64,000 bases of DNA from an uncultured Thermoanaerobaculia bacterium (lineage in GTDB: Bacteria; Acidobacteriota; Thermoanaerobaculia; Multivoradales; J023): positions 12,648 through 76,647 of the forward strand of contig CAZMEL010000002.1 of the NCBI GenBank assembly GCA_964565225.1, read 5' to 3'. Position numbers and translations under genes: made by a program. This document shows positions 1-9,643 of the stretch, piece after piece. How positions within the stretch are numbered: position 1 is the first letter of the stretch; every line of letters starts with the position of its first letter. The notes below the pieces were generated by a model. The model saw nothing but the letters and a program-made list of their open reading frames with translations, ran no database searches and was not told where the DNA came from.

Positions 1-623
1 TGGCGGCGGCGGTAGCGGTGAACGAGCTTCTCGAGCTCCGTGCCGAGCGGGCCGTGCTTCTGCGCTGTGCCATGGCCGGCGAAAAGGCCGCCTGCGGCAC
101 GGCCCACCCGGACAATGCGGCACCGTCTCTCCATGGTGGCCTGGTCTTGATCCGCCATCCCGACCCGGCCGACGTGATCCCTCTTCCGGTACCCGAAGGC
201 TTGAGCTGCGCCCTGGTGAGGCCTCACGTGGAGGTCGAGACCCGGGCCGCACGCCAGCTGCTCGGCGACCAGATTCCCCTACGCGCCGCGGTGGCCCAGT
301 GGGGAAACCTCGGCGCGCTGGTCGCGGGCCTCTTCCGGGGCGACCTGGAGCTGATCGCCCGCGCCCTCGAAGACCACATCGCCGAGCCGGTGCGGGCACC
401 GCTGGTTCCAGGATTCGCGGCGGTCCAGGAAGCGGCCCGGAAGAGTGGCGCCCTGGGCTGCAGTCTCTCGGGCTCGGGACCAACGATCTTCGCCCTCTGC
501 GAGAGCCCCGAGACCGCCGAGGGCACCTCCCGGGCCATGGCCGAAGCCCTGTGCGACGCGGGAATCGAATGTGATCGGCGGGTCTCGCCGGTGGGGGCCG
601 AGGGAGCCGCGGTTCGGACCTAA
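1..623 (+). CDS. thrB: homoserine kinase, 5'-truncated at window edge
   Basis: ORF 18..623 continues off the window start. GHMP-kinase C-terminal signature GCSLSGSGPTIFAL and homoserine-kinase-like tail. Confidence 0.75.
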   Translation, partial: AAAVAVNELLELRAERAVLLRCAMAGEKAACGTAHPDNAAPSLHGGLVLIRHPDPADVIPLPVPEGLSCALVRPHVEVETRAARQLLGDQIPLRAAVAQWGNLGALVAGLFRGDLELIARALEDHIAEPVRAPLVPGFAAVQEAARKSGALGCSLSGSGPTIFALCESPETAEGTSRAMAEALCDAGIECDRRVSPVGAEGAAVRT

Positions 624-715
624 TGTAGTGCGTCCCTAGTTGATAGCGGTATGATCGAAGAATCGCCCGGATTCGAGCCCCACACTCCGGGTATCGTGCA
701 CCGCATGGAGACCTG

Positions 716-1552
716 ATGAGAATCTACAAAGTCTTGCCGGACCTCTCGAAGGAACGGCATATGAAGATCTGGCACAAAGCGTTGCGCTCCCAGTGGTCGG
801 CCGCCGACCTCAAATGGGACACGCCCCACCGGATCACCAGCCGGAAGCTCAAGGACCAGCTGGCGCGGATTCTGACCCCGATCCTGATGGGTGAGCAGGC
901 GGCGCTCTATTCGGTCTCGGGCCTGATTCCGGTGCTCGGCCAGCGCTCGGAGGTGGAGAGCCAGTTCTACCTCACCACCTGGGCGGTGGACGAAGCCCGC
1001 CATACCGAGCTCTTCGCCAGGTTCTACCAGCGGCTCGACCGCGAGCCCATGTCGATCCGGCGCTTTCCCGCCGGCTACCTCTTCCAGAGCAAGATCGTCT
1101 CCCAGGAGCCGGCCGAGTGGCTGGCCGGGGTGCTGGTGAGCGAAGTGCTTGCCAAGCTGGTGATGGAAGAGTTCCGCCGACTCGACATCGATCCACTGCT
1201 CAGCGAGATCTCCGACGGCATCCTGCTCGACGAGGCTCGCCACCTCGGCTTCAACCACATCTACCTGGAAGACCGGTTCAGCGGAATGTTCCAGACCGGC
1301 TCGGAAGAGGGCAGCAACTACTCCTCCACCCTGCACGAACGCCTGCAGGATGTGCTCGCTGGCGTCTCGCCGATCTTCCAGGCGCTCGAGACCGAGCTGC
1401 GGGAGATCGGAATCGACACCGAGGAGATCACCGCCAAGCTCGGCGAAGAAGCCGCCTGGCGGCTGGAAAAATCGATTCAAGCCGGACGCCGCGTCGCGGC
1501 GGGAAAGAGCGCGGCGAGCAACCCTCAGGAAGCCGAGCTGATCGGCAGCTGA
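716..1552 (+). CDS. ferritin-like diiron-carboxylate protein (acyl-ACP desaturase/AurF-like oxygenase family), 278 aa
   Basis: Two DEARH (ExxH-type) motifs about 90 aa apart (DEARHTELF, DEARHLGF), typical of soluble diiron oxygenases/desaturases. Lies immediately upstream of FAAL-ACP. Confidence 0.55.
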   Translation: MRIYKVLPDLSKERHMKIWHKALRSQWSAADLKWDTPHRITSRKLKDQLARILTPILMGEQAALYSVSGLIPVLGQRSEVESQFYLTTWAVDEARHTELFARFYQRLDREPMSIRRFPAGYLFQSKIVSQEPAEWLAGVLVSEVLAKLVMEEFRRLDIDPLLSEISDGILLDEARHLGFNHIYLEDRFSGMFQTGSEEGSNYSSTLHERLQDVLAGVSPIFQALETELREIGIDTEEITAKLGEEAAWRLEKSIQAGRRVAAGKSAASNPQEAELIGS

Positions 1553-1596
1553 CGACCCCTTCGACTCGGGTCTCTTCGACGCCGAGCGGCGAAATC

Positions 1597-3297
1597 GTGC
1601 ATCCCATCTTCTCCGATCCACCTGCCCACCTGCCGGCGGCTCTGCGCTCGGCGGCAGCCAGCTTTCCCGAACGGACGGTCTCGATCTTCGACGGCCGGGG
1701 CCGCTCGCACGAGCGGCGAACCTTCCCCGAGCTCCTCGCCGCCGTCGAGCGCACCGCAGGGCGTTGGGCCGCTCTCGGGGTCCGACCCGGAGATCGGGTG
1801 GTCCTGACCCTGCCGACCTCTTGGAGCTGGCTCGAGGCCTGGTTCGGCGCCATGCTCTGCGGCGCTCTGCCCGTGGCCATGGCGCGTGGCCCGGCCATGG
1901 GAGCGGCGCTGGCACACCTGCAGAAGGTCGAGAACCTGGTGCAGCGGCTCGACGCACGGTTCCTCCTCGCCAGCGCCAGCTACCGGGAAGAAGCCGCAAG
2001 GGCGGGCGCCGAGCATTCGGCCCGGATCTGCCTCTCGGCCGAAGCGCTGGCGGGCACGACCCCGGCCCGGGTGGTCGCTCCGGAACCGGAGCCCGACGAC
2101 ATCGCCTTCCTGCAGCTCACCAGTGGCTCGACGGGGTTTCCGCGGGCGGTGATGATTCCGCACCGCGCCGCGATCCACAACGCGATGGCGAGCGACGTCG
2201 CCATCGGCGCGCCGCATGGAGCCCCGACCCACGCCTGGGCGGACTCCATGGTCTCCTGGCTGCCGCTGCACCACGACATGGGCCTGGTGGGGTGCCTGCT
2301 GCTCTCTCTGATGGCGGGGCACGATCTCTACCTGTTCCAGCCCAGCACCTTCCTCGCCCGGCCGCGGCTGTGGCTCGAGCACCTGGGCCGCCACGGCACA
2401 TCCTTCGCACCGGCGCCGAACTTCGGCTACCAGCTGTGCCTCGAGCGGCTGAAGCCCGGCGACCTCGAAGGTCTCGACCTCTCCTCCTGGCACGACGCCA
2501 TGACCGGCGCCGAAATGATCCGGCCCGAAACCGTGAGAGGCTTCTGCGAAACCTTCGCGCCGGTGGGATTTCGCCCCGAGGCGTTTCGACCCTGCTACGG
2601 ACTGGCGGAAGGAACCCTGGCGGTGACCTTCGATCTCCGCGGCCAGGGGATGCGAACCCGGCCTCTGCCCGGCGACGCCGACCCGCTCGCCGCCGCCGCC
2701 CTGGGTGGCAACGAGGTGGTGTCGGTAGGGGTTCCGATCGCCGACACGGAGGTGCGGATCACCGGGCCCGACGGCTCACGACGGCGCGACGGCGAGATCG
2801 GCGAGGTGAGAGTCCAGGGCCCGAGTATCTTCGCCGGCTACTACAACGATCCGGAAGCCTCCGCCCAATGCCTCCAGAACGGATGGCTGCTCACCGGCGA
2901 CCTCGGGTTCCAGCACGAGGGAGAGCTCTACCTCACCGGCCGGGTCAAGGATCTGATCATCGTGCGCGGCCACAACCTCATGCCGCACGAGATCGAGTGG
3001 CTGGCCGAAGAGGTGACCGGCGGCGGCGGCGCCCTGCGGTCCGGAGCTTTTGCCGTTTCCCACGGCGCGGGCGGTGAGGAAGCCGTGCTGGTGGTCGAGG
3101 CGGAGACCCGTGATCGCAACCGGCTCGAACCCCTGGCCGAGGAGATCCGCAGCCGGATCGGCCGCACCCTCGGCCTCCCGCTCGCCGACCTCGTCTTCGT
3201 GCGACGCGGCAAGATTCCCAAAACCACCAGCGGTAAGGTGCAACGACGCCAGTTGCGCGACCTCTACCTGCGGGGAGAGATCGAGCAGCTGGGCTGA
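1597..3297 (+). CDS. fatty acyl-AMP ligase (FAAL) / long-chain acyl-CoA synthetase family
   Basis: In-frame GTG at 1597 within ORF 1117..3297. Adenylation motifs LTSGSTGFPRAV, WLPLHHDMGL, YGLAEGTLAV, TGDLGF, GR.KD and a C-terminal TTSGKVQRRQLR. FAAL-like insertion region present. Confidence 0.8.
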   Translation: MHPIFSDPPAHLPAALRSAAASFPERTVSIFDGRGRSHERRTFPELLAAVERTAGRWAALGVRPGDRVVLTLPTSWSWLEAWFGAMLCGALPVAMARGPAMGAALAHLQKVENLVQRLDARFLLASASYREEAARAGAEHSARICLSAEALAGTTPARVVAPEPEPDDIAFLQLTSGSTGFPRAVMIPHRAAIHNAMASDVAIGAPHGAPTHAWADSMVSWLPLHHDMGLVGCLLLSLMAGHDLYLFQPSTFLARPRLWLEHLGRHGTSFAPAPNFGYQLCLERLKPGDLEGLDLSSWHDAMTGAEMIRPETVRGFCETFAPVGFRPEAFRPCYGLAEGTLAVTFDLRGQGMRTRPLPGDADPLAAAALGGNEVVSVGVPIADTEVRITGPDGSRRRDGEIGEVRVQGPSIFAGYYNDPEASAQCLQNGWLLTGDLGFQHEGELYLTGRVKDLIIVRGHNLMPHEIEWLAEEVTGGGGALRSGAFAVSHGAGGEEAVLVVEAETRDRNRLEPLAEEIRSRIGRTLGLPLADLVFVRRGKIPKTTSGKVQRRQLRDLYLRGEIEQLG

Positions 3298-3328
3298 AGG
3301 CCCGGCACCGCGATTCGGAGACACGACC

Positions 3329-3571
3329 ATGTCATTCCAAACCAAAGCCCTGAAGATTCTCGCCGAGATCAGCGGCAAAGACGCCGACGCCATCACTCCC
3401 GACATGGAGCTGGTGGCTCACTTGAACATCGACTCTCCACAGGCCCTGCAGCTCCTCGTGGCCCTCGAGGAGGCCTTCGACATCGAGATTTCCGACGAAG
3501 ATGCCGCCAAGATGGACACCGTGCAAGACGTTCTCGGCTACCTCCAGAACGCCAATCTCGGCACCGCCTGA
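3329..3571 (+). CDS. acyl carrier protein (80 aa)
   Basis: ATG at 3329 in the frame of ORF 3050..3571. LNIDSPQALQLL phosphopantetheine-attachment Ser context. Small acidic 4-helix protein. Confidence 0.75.
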   Translation: MSFQTKALKILAEISGKDADAITPDMELVAHLNIDSPQALQLLVALEEAFDIEISDEDAAKMDTVQDVLGYLQNANLGTA

Positions 3572-3600
3572 TCCCTCGCCGCTCACCCGGCCGTTCTCGC

Positions 3601-4314
3601 GTGCGCCTGATCAAACATCCCCGAGTCGCCCCGGTGCTGCTCTCGGTCGGCTCGTGGATTCTTCGCGCCATTCTCTGGCTCTCGATCCGCACCCTTCGCC
3701 TCGAGGTGGTGGCCGGACGGGAGCATCTCCAGAGCTTCTACGACAACCCCCGGCCGGTGGTGATGAGCTTCTGGCACAACCGGGTGTTTCTGGCGGCTCG
3801 CTTCGTGCTCCGAGATCTGTTTCGCGAAAACATCGAGGTCTCGGTGCTCGCCAGCCAGTCGCGCGATGGCGAGCTGGTGGCCAAGACCGCGCGGTTCTGG
3901 CGCCTCCACACCATCCGCGGCTCCGCCACCCGTGGCGGCCGCCAGGCCCTGCGGTCTCTCTACCGGGCGATTGTCGAGCGAGGCTCCTCGCCGGTGATGA
4001 TTCCCGACGGGCCCCATGGCCCGATCTACGAATTCAAGGTGGGGGTCGCCGTGCTCGCCCAGATGACCCAGGCTCCGATCCTGCCCCTGGGGCTCGCCGC
4101 CCGGAGCTTCTGGCGAATCGGATCGTGGGACCGCCTCATCGTGCCCCGCCCCTTTACCCGAATCGCTCTCGCGGTGGGCCCGATGCAGACCATTCCGCGG
4201 GGGCTCTCGACCGAAGAGCTGGAGAGCCGGCGGCAAGAGCAACAAAACCTCCTCGACGAGCTGACTCTGCAGGCCGAGGCGGCCCTCGGGGTCGACGACA
4301 GCTCCCGGAGCTGA
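3601..4314 (+). CDS. lysophospholipid acyltransferase-like protein (DUF374/LPLAT family)
   Basis: GTG start. N-terminal TM helix then an LPLAT-like core (SFWHNRVF.., DG..G.R) resembling lipid A / lysophospholipid acyltransferase-like DUF374 proteins. Confidence 0.6.
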   Translation: MRLIKHPRVAPVLLSVGSWILRAILWLSIRTLRLEVVAGREHLQSFYDNPRPVVMSFWHNRVFLAARFVLRDLFRENIEVSVLASQSRDGELVAKTARFWRLHTIRGSATRGGRQALRSLYRAIVERGSSPVMIPDGPHGPIYEFKVGVAVLAQMTQAPILPLGLAARSFWRIGSWDRLIVPRPFTRIALAVGPMQTIPRGLSTEELESRRQEQQNLLDELTLQAEAALGVDDSSRS

Positions 4315-4320
4315 CCCGCC

Positions 4321-7300
4321 ATGGCTCGGGATCCCTCCGCTCCCGACCGATTTCTGGAGCGCTGCCTGCTGCTCGACCTGGAGACCACTCGCGCTCCCGA
4401 GGGTTCCGGCCCGCCTCGGATTCTCGCGCTCGGCGCCGCCCTCGGACCCGGTGGCCCGGAAGTGACCCGCCAGGGCCGGTTCGATCTCGCAGCGGCCCTG
4501 GAGGAGCTCGACGAGCTGGCAGCCGGCGCCGATTTCCTGCTCGGCCACAACCTCCTCGATCACGATCTGCGAGTCCTCGAGAAGGTCGCACCCGACCTCG
4601 CGCTCCATCACCTGCCGGTGGTCGACACTCTTTTCCTGTCTCCCCTCGCCTTTCCGGAAAATCCCTACCACCACCTGGTGAAGGACTACAAGCTCGTCCG
4701 CCAGGAGCTCAACAACCCGCTGGCCGACGCGCGACTGGCGGCCCGGGTCTTCCGAGATCAATGGGTGCGGCTCGCGCAACGGGCCGAGCGAGAGCCCGGA
4801 GAGCTCGCCTTCTACGCCACCTGCTTCGCTTCCGTCCCCGAGGGCCGGGGGATCGCCGAGGCTCTGAGCACCATCGGCGGGGAGGCTCCGCTCTCGGTAC
4901 CGGAAGCCGCCGAGCTCCTGCTCCACCGGCTCGCCCATCGGGTTTGCCGCCGTGCCCTGCGCCAGCTGGCTCTCGACGGGTTTCGTCCCACGCCGCCCTG
5001 GGCCTACGCCGTGGCCTGGCTGCAGGTGGCGGGCGGAAGCTCGGTGCTCCCGCCGTGGGTGCGTTACCGCCATGGCCAGGTGATCGAGATCCTGGCCGAG
5101 CTTCGCGAGCATCCGTGCCACGAAGCCGGCTGTGCTTTCTGCCGCACCAGCCACGATCCCGAAGCCCAGCTCCAGCGGTTTTTCGGATTCCCGGCCTTCC
5201 GACCTCGGCCGGCCACGCCGGACGGCAAGAGCCTGCAGCGCGAGATCGTGACCGCCGGCCTCGAAGGGCGCCCGCATCTGGCGATTCTCGCCACCGGTGC
5301 CGGAAAGTCGATCTGCTTCCAGCTGCCGGCCCTCGTGCGCCACCAGCGCCGCGGGCTCCTGACCCTGGTGATCTCGCCCTTACAAGCCCTGATGAAGGAC
5401 CAGATCGACCACCTGAACGCCGCCACCGGTGCTTCCTCGGCGGCAGCCCTCTACGGCCTGCTCTCGCCGCCGGAGCGAGGGCGGGTGCTCGAAAAGGTCC
5501 GGCTCGGCGACGTGGCAATTCTCTACATCGCCCCCGAGCAGCTGCGGAACCGTTCGTTTCTTCGCGCGGTGAGGTCGAGAGAGATCGCCGCCTGGGTGTT
5601 CGACGAAGCCCACTGTCTCTCCAAGTGGGGCCACGACTTTCGCCCGGACTACCTCTACGCCGCGCGCTTCCTCCGCGAGCTGGCGACGAGCCAGGGCGTC
5701 TCTCCGCCACCGGTGATGGCGTTCACCGCCACGGCCAAGGCTTCGGTGCGCCAGGAGATCCTCACCCACTTCGCCGAGGAGCTCGGGCAGGAGCTCCAGG
5801 TGTTCGAAGGGCCGGTGGAACGGGAGGAGCTCGGCTTTCGGGTCGAGGAGATCCGCGCGGCAGAGAAGATCGCCCGGATCCGTGATCTGCTGCAAGCGAC
5901 CCTCGGCGAGCTCCCCGACGCCTCGGCGGTGGTCTATTTCAGCAGTCGGCGCGGTGCGGCCAGAGGGGCCGAGCTCCTGCAGCAGCAGGGCATCGCATCC
6001 GGAGTCTTCCACGGTGGTCTTCCCGCTCCCGAAAAACGTGAGGTTCTCGACGACTTCGTTTCCGGACGCCTGCCGGTGGTCTGCGCCACCAACGCATTCG
6101 GGATGGGCATCGACAAATCCGACGTTCGGCTGGTGGTGCACGCCGATATCCCGGGATCCCTGGAGAGTTATCTCCAGGAAGCCGGACGGGCGGGCCGCGA
6201 CCGGCAGCCGGCGGAGTGTGTGCTGCTCTTCGACCCCGAGGATCTGGAGCACCAGTTCAAGCTCCAGGCCGGCTCTCACCTCAGCCGAAGGGATATCGCG
6301 CAGATTCTGCGCGCCGTGCGCAATGCCCGCGACAAGGCTCGGCGAGCGCGGACCCGCCGGGAGCAGACCGGCCGGTCCGCTCCCGATCCGAGTCTGGTGT
6401 GCCTGACCACCGCCGAGCTGCTGCGAGACCATGGGGCGGAGACCGAGTTCTCCCGAGACGACTGGCAGGCCGACACCAAGGTAAAGACCGCGATCGCCTG
6501 GCTCGAGCGCGCCGGTTTTCTCGAACGAGAGCTCAACCGGACCCACGTCTTCCAGGGCAAGCTCTCGGTCGACAGTCTGGCCGCCGGACGCCGGGAGATC
6601 GACCGCCTGGCGCCGACGCTCGGTCTGCGAAATGCCGATCGAAGACGCTGGACGGCGATCCTGGCCGCGTTGATCCACACCGATCCCGATCGCGGGCTGA
6701 CCGCCGACGAGATCGCCGAGCTCCCCGACGTGCGCTGGGAGCCGACCCCGGGGGATCGCGACCACCCGAGCCAGCGGGTGTTGCGAATCCTGAACACCAT
6801 GGCGGAGGTCGGCCTGCTGAAGAGTGGCCTCCAGCTCACCGCGACCCTGCATCTCGGAGGCGCGAAATCTTCGCGACGCGCCTTCGCGAGCCTGTGTGCT
6901 CTCGACAAGGCCTTGCTCGACCTGCTGGCCGAAACCGAGCCCGACGCCGAGGCGGGGGACTGGCTGGAGCTTTCGCTCCGGCTGGTGAACCAGCGGTTGA
7001 TCGACCGCGGTTTCTCCCAGAGCAACCCCACGCTTCTGCGCAAGCTCCTGCAGGGCCTGGCGGAGAGCGGTGGCACCGGTCGAGGTCTCCTGGAATGGTC
7101 CTACCGCTCGCGCTTTCGTTATCGCCTCCGACTGCGCAGCCCCTGGGGCGATCTGCACGATGCCGCGGAGCGCCGCAGGGCCCTGGGCCAGCTGGCGCTC
7201 GACCGTCTGCTCGCCGCGGTGCCTTCCGGCACCCGAGGCCGGGTGCTCGTGGAGCTCGGCCTCGAGGATCTCACCGACACCATACGCCGAGATCTGGTGT

Positions 7301-9591
7301 TGCGGACCCAGATCGACGATTTCGTGGCCGCTGCCGAGCAGGGCCTAATGTTCCTGCACGAGCTCGGGGTGATTCAGCTGCAGAGTGGCCTCGCCGTGTT
7401 CCGCCAGGCCATGACCCTGCGCCTGCGTGGCGAGGCCAAGGGCCGCCGCTATGGATCGCGCGACTACGAGGCCCTCGACCAGCACTTCTCCGAGCGCACC
7501 TTCCAGATCCACGTGATGGCGAGATATGCCCGCCTGGGGATCGAGGCGATCCAGGGAGCCCTGGCGTTCGTGCAGGACTACTTCCAGCTCGCCCGCGATT
7601 CTCTGGAGCAGCGGTACTTCTCCGGCGAAGAGGCCACCTTGGCGCGGGCGACCGACGAGGCTTCGTTCCTACGGATCGTAGAATCCCTCGGCGACCCGGC
7701 ACAGATGGCCCTGGTCACCGCTCCCCCGGAGCGCAACCTGCTGGTCATGGCCGGCCCGGGCTCGGGCAAGACCCGGGTGGTGGTGCACCGCTGTGCCTAT
7801 CTGTTGCGAGTGGCCCGAATCCCGGCCCGCCGCATCGCGGTGCTGTGTTTCAATCGCAACGCCGCTCTCGAGCTGCGCCGCCGCCTGAAGGCACTCGTGG
7901 GCGACGACTGTCGGGGAGTGACGGTCTCGACCTACCACGGCCTCGCCATGCGCCTCACCGGAACCTCCTTCGCAACCCTCGCCGAGGCCTCGACCCGGTC
8001 TCTCGAGCCGCCGAATTTCCAACGCCTGATCGAAGACGCCGTGGATCTGCTCCGGGAAGACACGAGCCGAGCCGGGCTCACGGCCGATGAGATTCGCGAG
8101 GAAATCGCCTCGAGCTACAGCCACCTGCTGGTCGACGAATACCAGGACATCAACGAAGCCCAGTATCGGCTGGTCTCTGCCCTCTCCGGCCGCACCGAGA
8201 GCGACCGCGACCGCCGGCTCTCTCTGCTCGCGGTCGGAGACGACGACCAGAACATCTACAGCTTCACCGGTGCCGACGTGGGTTTCATCCGCCGGTTCCA
8301 GGACGACTACGAGGCCGAGGTTGCCTACCTGGTGGAGAACTACCGCTCGACGGGCCACATCATCGCGGCGGCCAACTCGTTGATCGCTCGAGATCCCCAC
8401 CGGATGAAGGCCGAGCATCCCGGCGAGATCTGCTCTCTCAAACGCCAGGATCCACCCGGTGGTCCATGGACCACCCGAGACCCGGAGACCGAGGGTCGGG
8501 TGGTGATCCGCGAGGTTCCCGACCGGGAGACCCAGGCCGCGGCGGTGGCCGAAGAGTTGTTCCACATGAAACATCTCCACCCGGAGCTGGAATGGCACCA
8601 GGTCGGAGTGCTCGCCCGACAGCACGACGTGCTCCAGCCGGTTCGCGCCGTGCTGGAGCATCGAGGCATTCCGGTGGCCTGGTCTCATTCCTCGGGCTCC
8701 TTGCCGCCTCTCCATCGCATTCGAGAGATCACGAGGGTGCTCGATACCCTGGCCGCGAGTCGCCGAGAGCTCGTCTCTCCGGCTCACCTTCTCGCTGCCT
8801 CGGCAGCTGCACCCGAGAATCCCTGGTTTTTCTTGCTGGACGAGCTGATCCGGGAGTGGGTCGTGCAGTCGGGAGAAGGCCCGGCGCCCGCGGGATCGAT
8901 CCTGGAATTCCTCTACGAAGCCCTCGCGGAGAGAGGGCGAGCCGCCAGCACCGGGACGGGAGTGCATCTGCTGACCGTACACTCGGCCAAAGGCCTGGAG
9001 TTTCCCGGTGTCCTGCTGCTCGACGGAGGCTGGAGACATGGACCGAATCGCAGCGGCAGGGACGGCATGGAAGAGGAGCGGCGCCTCTACTACGTGGGGA
9101 TGACCCGAGCCAAGGAGCGGCTCGTTCTCTTCGAGTCGGGCGTCCGCCCGAATCCCCACTCGGCCTCCCTGGGTGGGCCGGCGATCCACCGATCCCGTGC
9201 CCGACCGTCGCCGATCCCCTCCTCCATCGCCGGCCGCCGCTTCGTACTGCTCGGCCTGCGCGACCTCTATCTGAGCTTCGCCGGTCGCCGGCCGGAGGGG
9301 GATCCGATCCATCGGCGGCTCGCGAGCCTCGAAACCCATCGCTCCGTTCAGCTGGCCTCTCGAAACGGCCAGGTGGTGGTGCTCGACGGGACGGGCCAGG
9401 TCGTCGCGGCTCTTTCGTCTGCGTCCGCCGAGAGCTGGAGCCAGCGGCTGGAGCAGATCGAATCCGCCCGGGTGGTCGCCATGGTGCGGTGGCGGGCCGA
9501 GGACTCCGACGCCGCCTATCGGCGCCAGCTGCGCTGCGACCGTTGGGAGGTCCCGGTGCTCGAGCTCACCCTCCGGCCATCGAAGCGGTGA
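4321..9591 (+). CDS. giant multidomain protein: DnaQ-like 3'-5' exonuclease + RecQ-family SF2 helicase + UvrD/PcrA-family SF1 helicase (1756 aa)
   Basis: N-terminus has LLLDLETT...GHNLLDHDLRVL (DEDD exonuclease motifs I/II). The RecQ core has TGAGKSICFQLPAL, the hallmark FDEAHCLSKWGHDFRPDY and QEAGRAGRD. The UvrD core has all motifs: AGPGSGKT, VDEYQDIN, YSFTGAD, ENYRST, HSAKGLEFPGV, YVGMTRAKERL. A linker of about 490 aa and a C-terminal extension of about 180 aa are of unknown fold. Confidence 0.85.
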   Translation: MARDPSAPDRFLERCLLLDLETTRAPEGSGPPRILALGAALGPGGPEVTRQGRFDLAAALEELDELAAGADFLLGHNLLDHDLRVLEKVAPDLALHHLPVVDTLFLSPLAFPENPYHHLVKDYKLVRQELNNPLADARLAARVFRDQWVRLAQRAEREPGELAFYATCFASVPEGRGIAEALSTIGGEAPLSVPEAAELLLHRLAHRVCRRALRQLALDGFRPTPPWAYAVAWLQVAGGSSVLPPWVRYRHGQVIEILAELREHPCHEAGCAFCRTSHDPEAQLQRFFGFPAFRPRPATPDGKSLQREIVTAGLEGRPHLAILATGAGKSICFQLPALVRHQRRGLLTLVISPLQALMKDQIDHLNAATGASSAAALYGLLSPPERGRVLEKVRLGDVAILYIAPEQLRNRSFLRAVRSREIAAWVFDEAHCLSKWGHDFRPDYLYAARFLRELATSQGVSPPPVMAFTATAKASVRQEILTHFAEELGQELQVFEGPVEREELGFRVEEIRAAEKIARIRDLLQATLGELPDASAVVYFSSRRGAARGAELLQQQGIASGVFHGGLPAPEKREVLDDFVSGRLPVVCATNAFGMGIDKSDVRLVVHADIPGSLESYLQEAGRAGRDRQPAECVLLFDPEDLEHQFKLQAGSHLSRRDIAQILRAVRNARDKARRARTRREQTGRSAPDPSLVCLTTAELLRDHGAETEFSRDDWQADTKVKTAIAWLERAGFLERELNRTHVFQGKLSVDSLAAGRREIDRLAPTLGLRNADRRRWTAILAALIHTDPDRGLTADEIAELPDVRWEPTPGDRDHPSQRVLRILNTMAEVGLLKSGLQLTATLHLGGAKSSRRAFASLCALDKALLDLLAETEPDAEAGDWLELSLRLVNQRLIDRGFSQSNPTLLRKLLQGLAESGGTGRGLLEWSYRSRFRYRLRLRSPWGDLHDAAERRRALGQLALDRLLAAVPSGTRGRVLVELGLEDLTDTIRRDLVLRTQIDDFVAAAEQGLMFLHELGVIQLQSGLAVFRQAMTLRLRGEAKGRRYGSRDYEALDQHFSERTFQIHVMARYARLGIEAIQGALAFVQDYFQLARDSLEQRYFSGEEATLARATDEASFLRIVESLGDPAQMALVTAPPERNLLVMAGPGSGKTRVVVHRCAYLLRVARIPARRIAVLCFNRNAALELRRRLKALVGDDCRGVTVSTYHGLAMRLTGTSFATLAEASTRSLEPPNFQRLIEDAVDLLREDTSRAGLTADEIREEIASSYSHLLVDEYQDINEAQYRLVSALSGRTESDRDRRLSLLAVGDDDQNIYSFTGADVGFIRRFQDDYEAEVAYLVENYRSTGHIIAAANSLIARDPHRMKAEHPGEICSLKRQDPPGGPWTTRDPETEGRVVIREVPDRETQAAAVAEELFHMKHLHPELEWHQVGVLARQHDVLQPVRAVLEHRGIPVAWSHSSGSLPPLHRIREITRVLDTLAASRRELVSPAHLLAASAAAPENPWFFLLDELIREWVVQSGEGPAPAGSILEFLYEALAERGRAASTGTGVHLLTVHSAKGLEFPGVLLLDGGWRHGPNRSGRDGMEEERRLYYVGMTRAKERLVLFESGVRPNPHSASLGGPAIHRSRARPSPIPSSIAGRRFVLLGLRDLYLSFAGRRPEGDPIHRRLASLETHRSVQLASRNGQVVVLDGTGQVVAALSSASAESWSQRLEQIESARVVAMVRWRAEDSDAAYRRQLRCDRWEVPVLELTLRPSKR

Positions 9592-9643
9592 CCGGTTCGG
9601 GCCCCGAGGTACGTTCCCCGTAGACGCTCACGAAGGGAAGCCC

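Noticed and set aside
3501-5885. 794-aa + strand ORF rich in Pro/Arg/Gly overlapping the ACP, acyltransferase and helicase genes
   Set aside because: Alternative frame of real genes with low-complexity PRG-rich translation. Gene-like frames already explain the region.
5380-9339. Minus-strand ORFs 5380..7158 (592 aa) and 7669..9339 (556 aa) opposite the giant helicase gene
   Set aside because: Antisense to a gene with complete RecQ and UvrD motif sets. No domain signatures.
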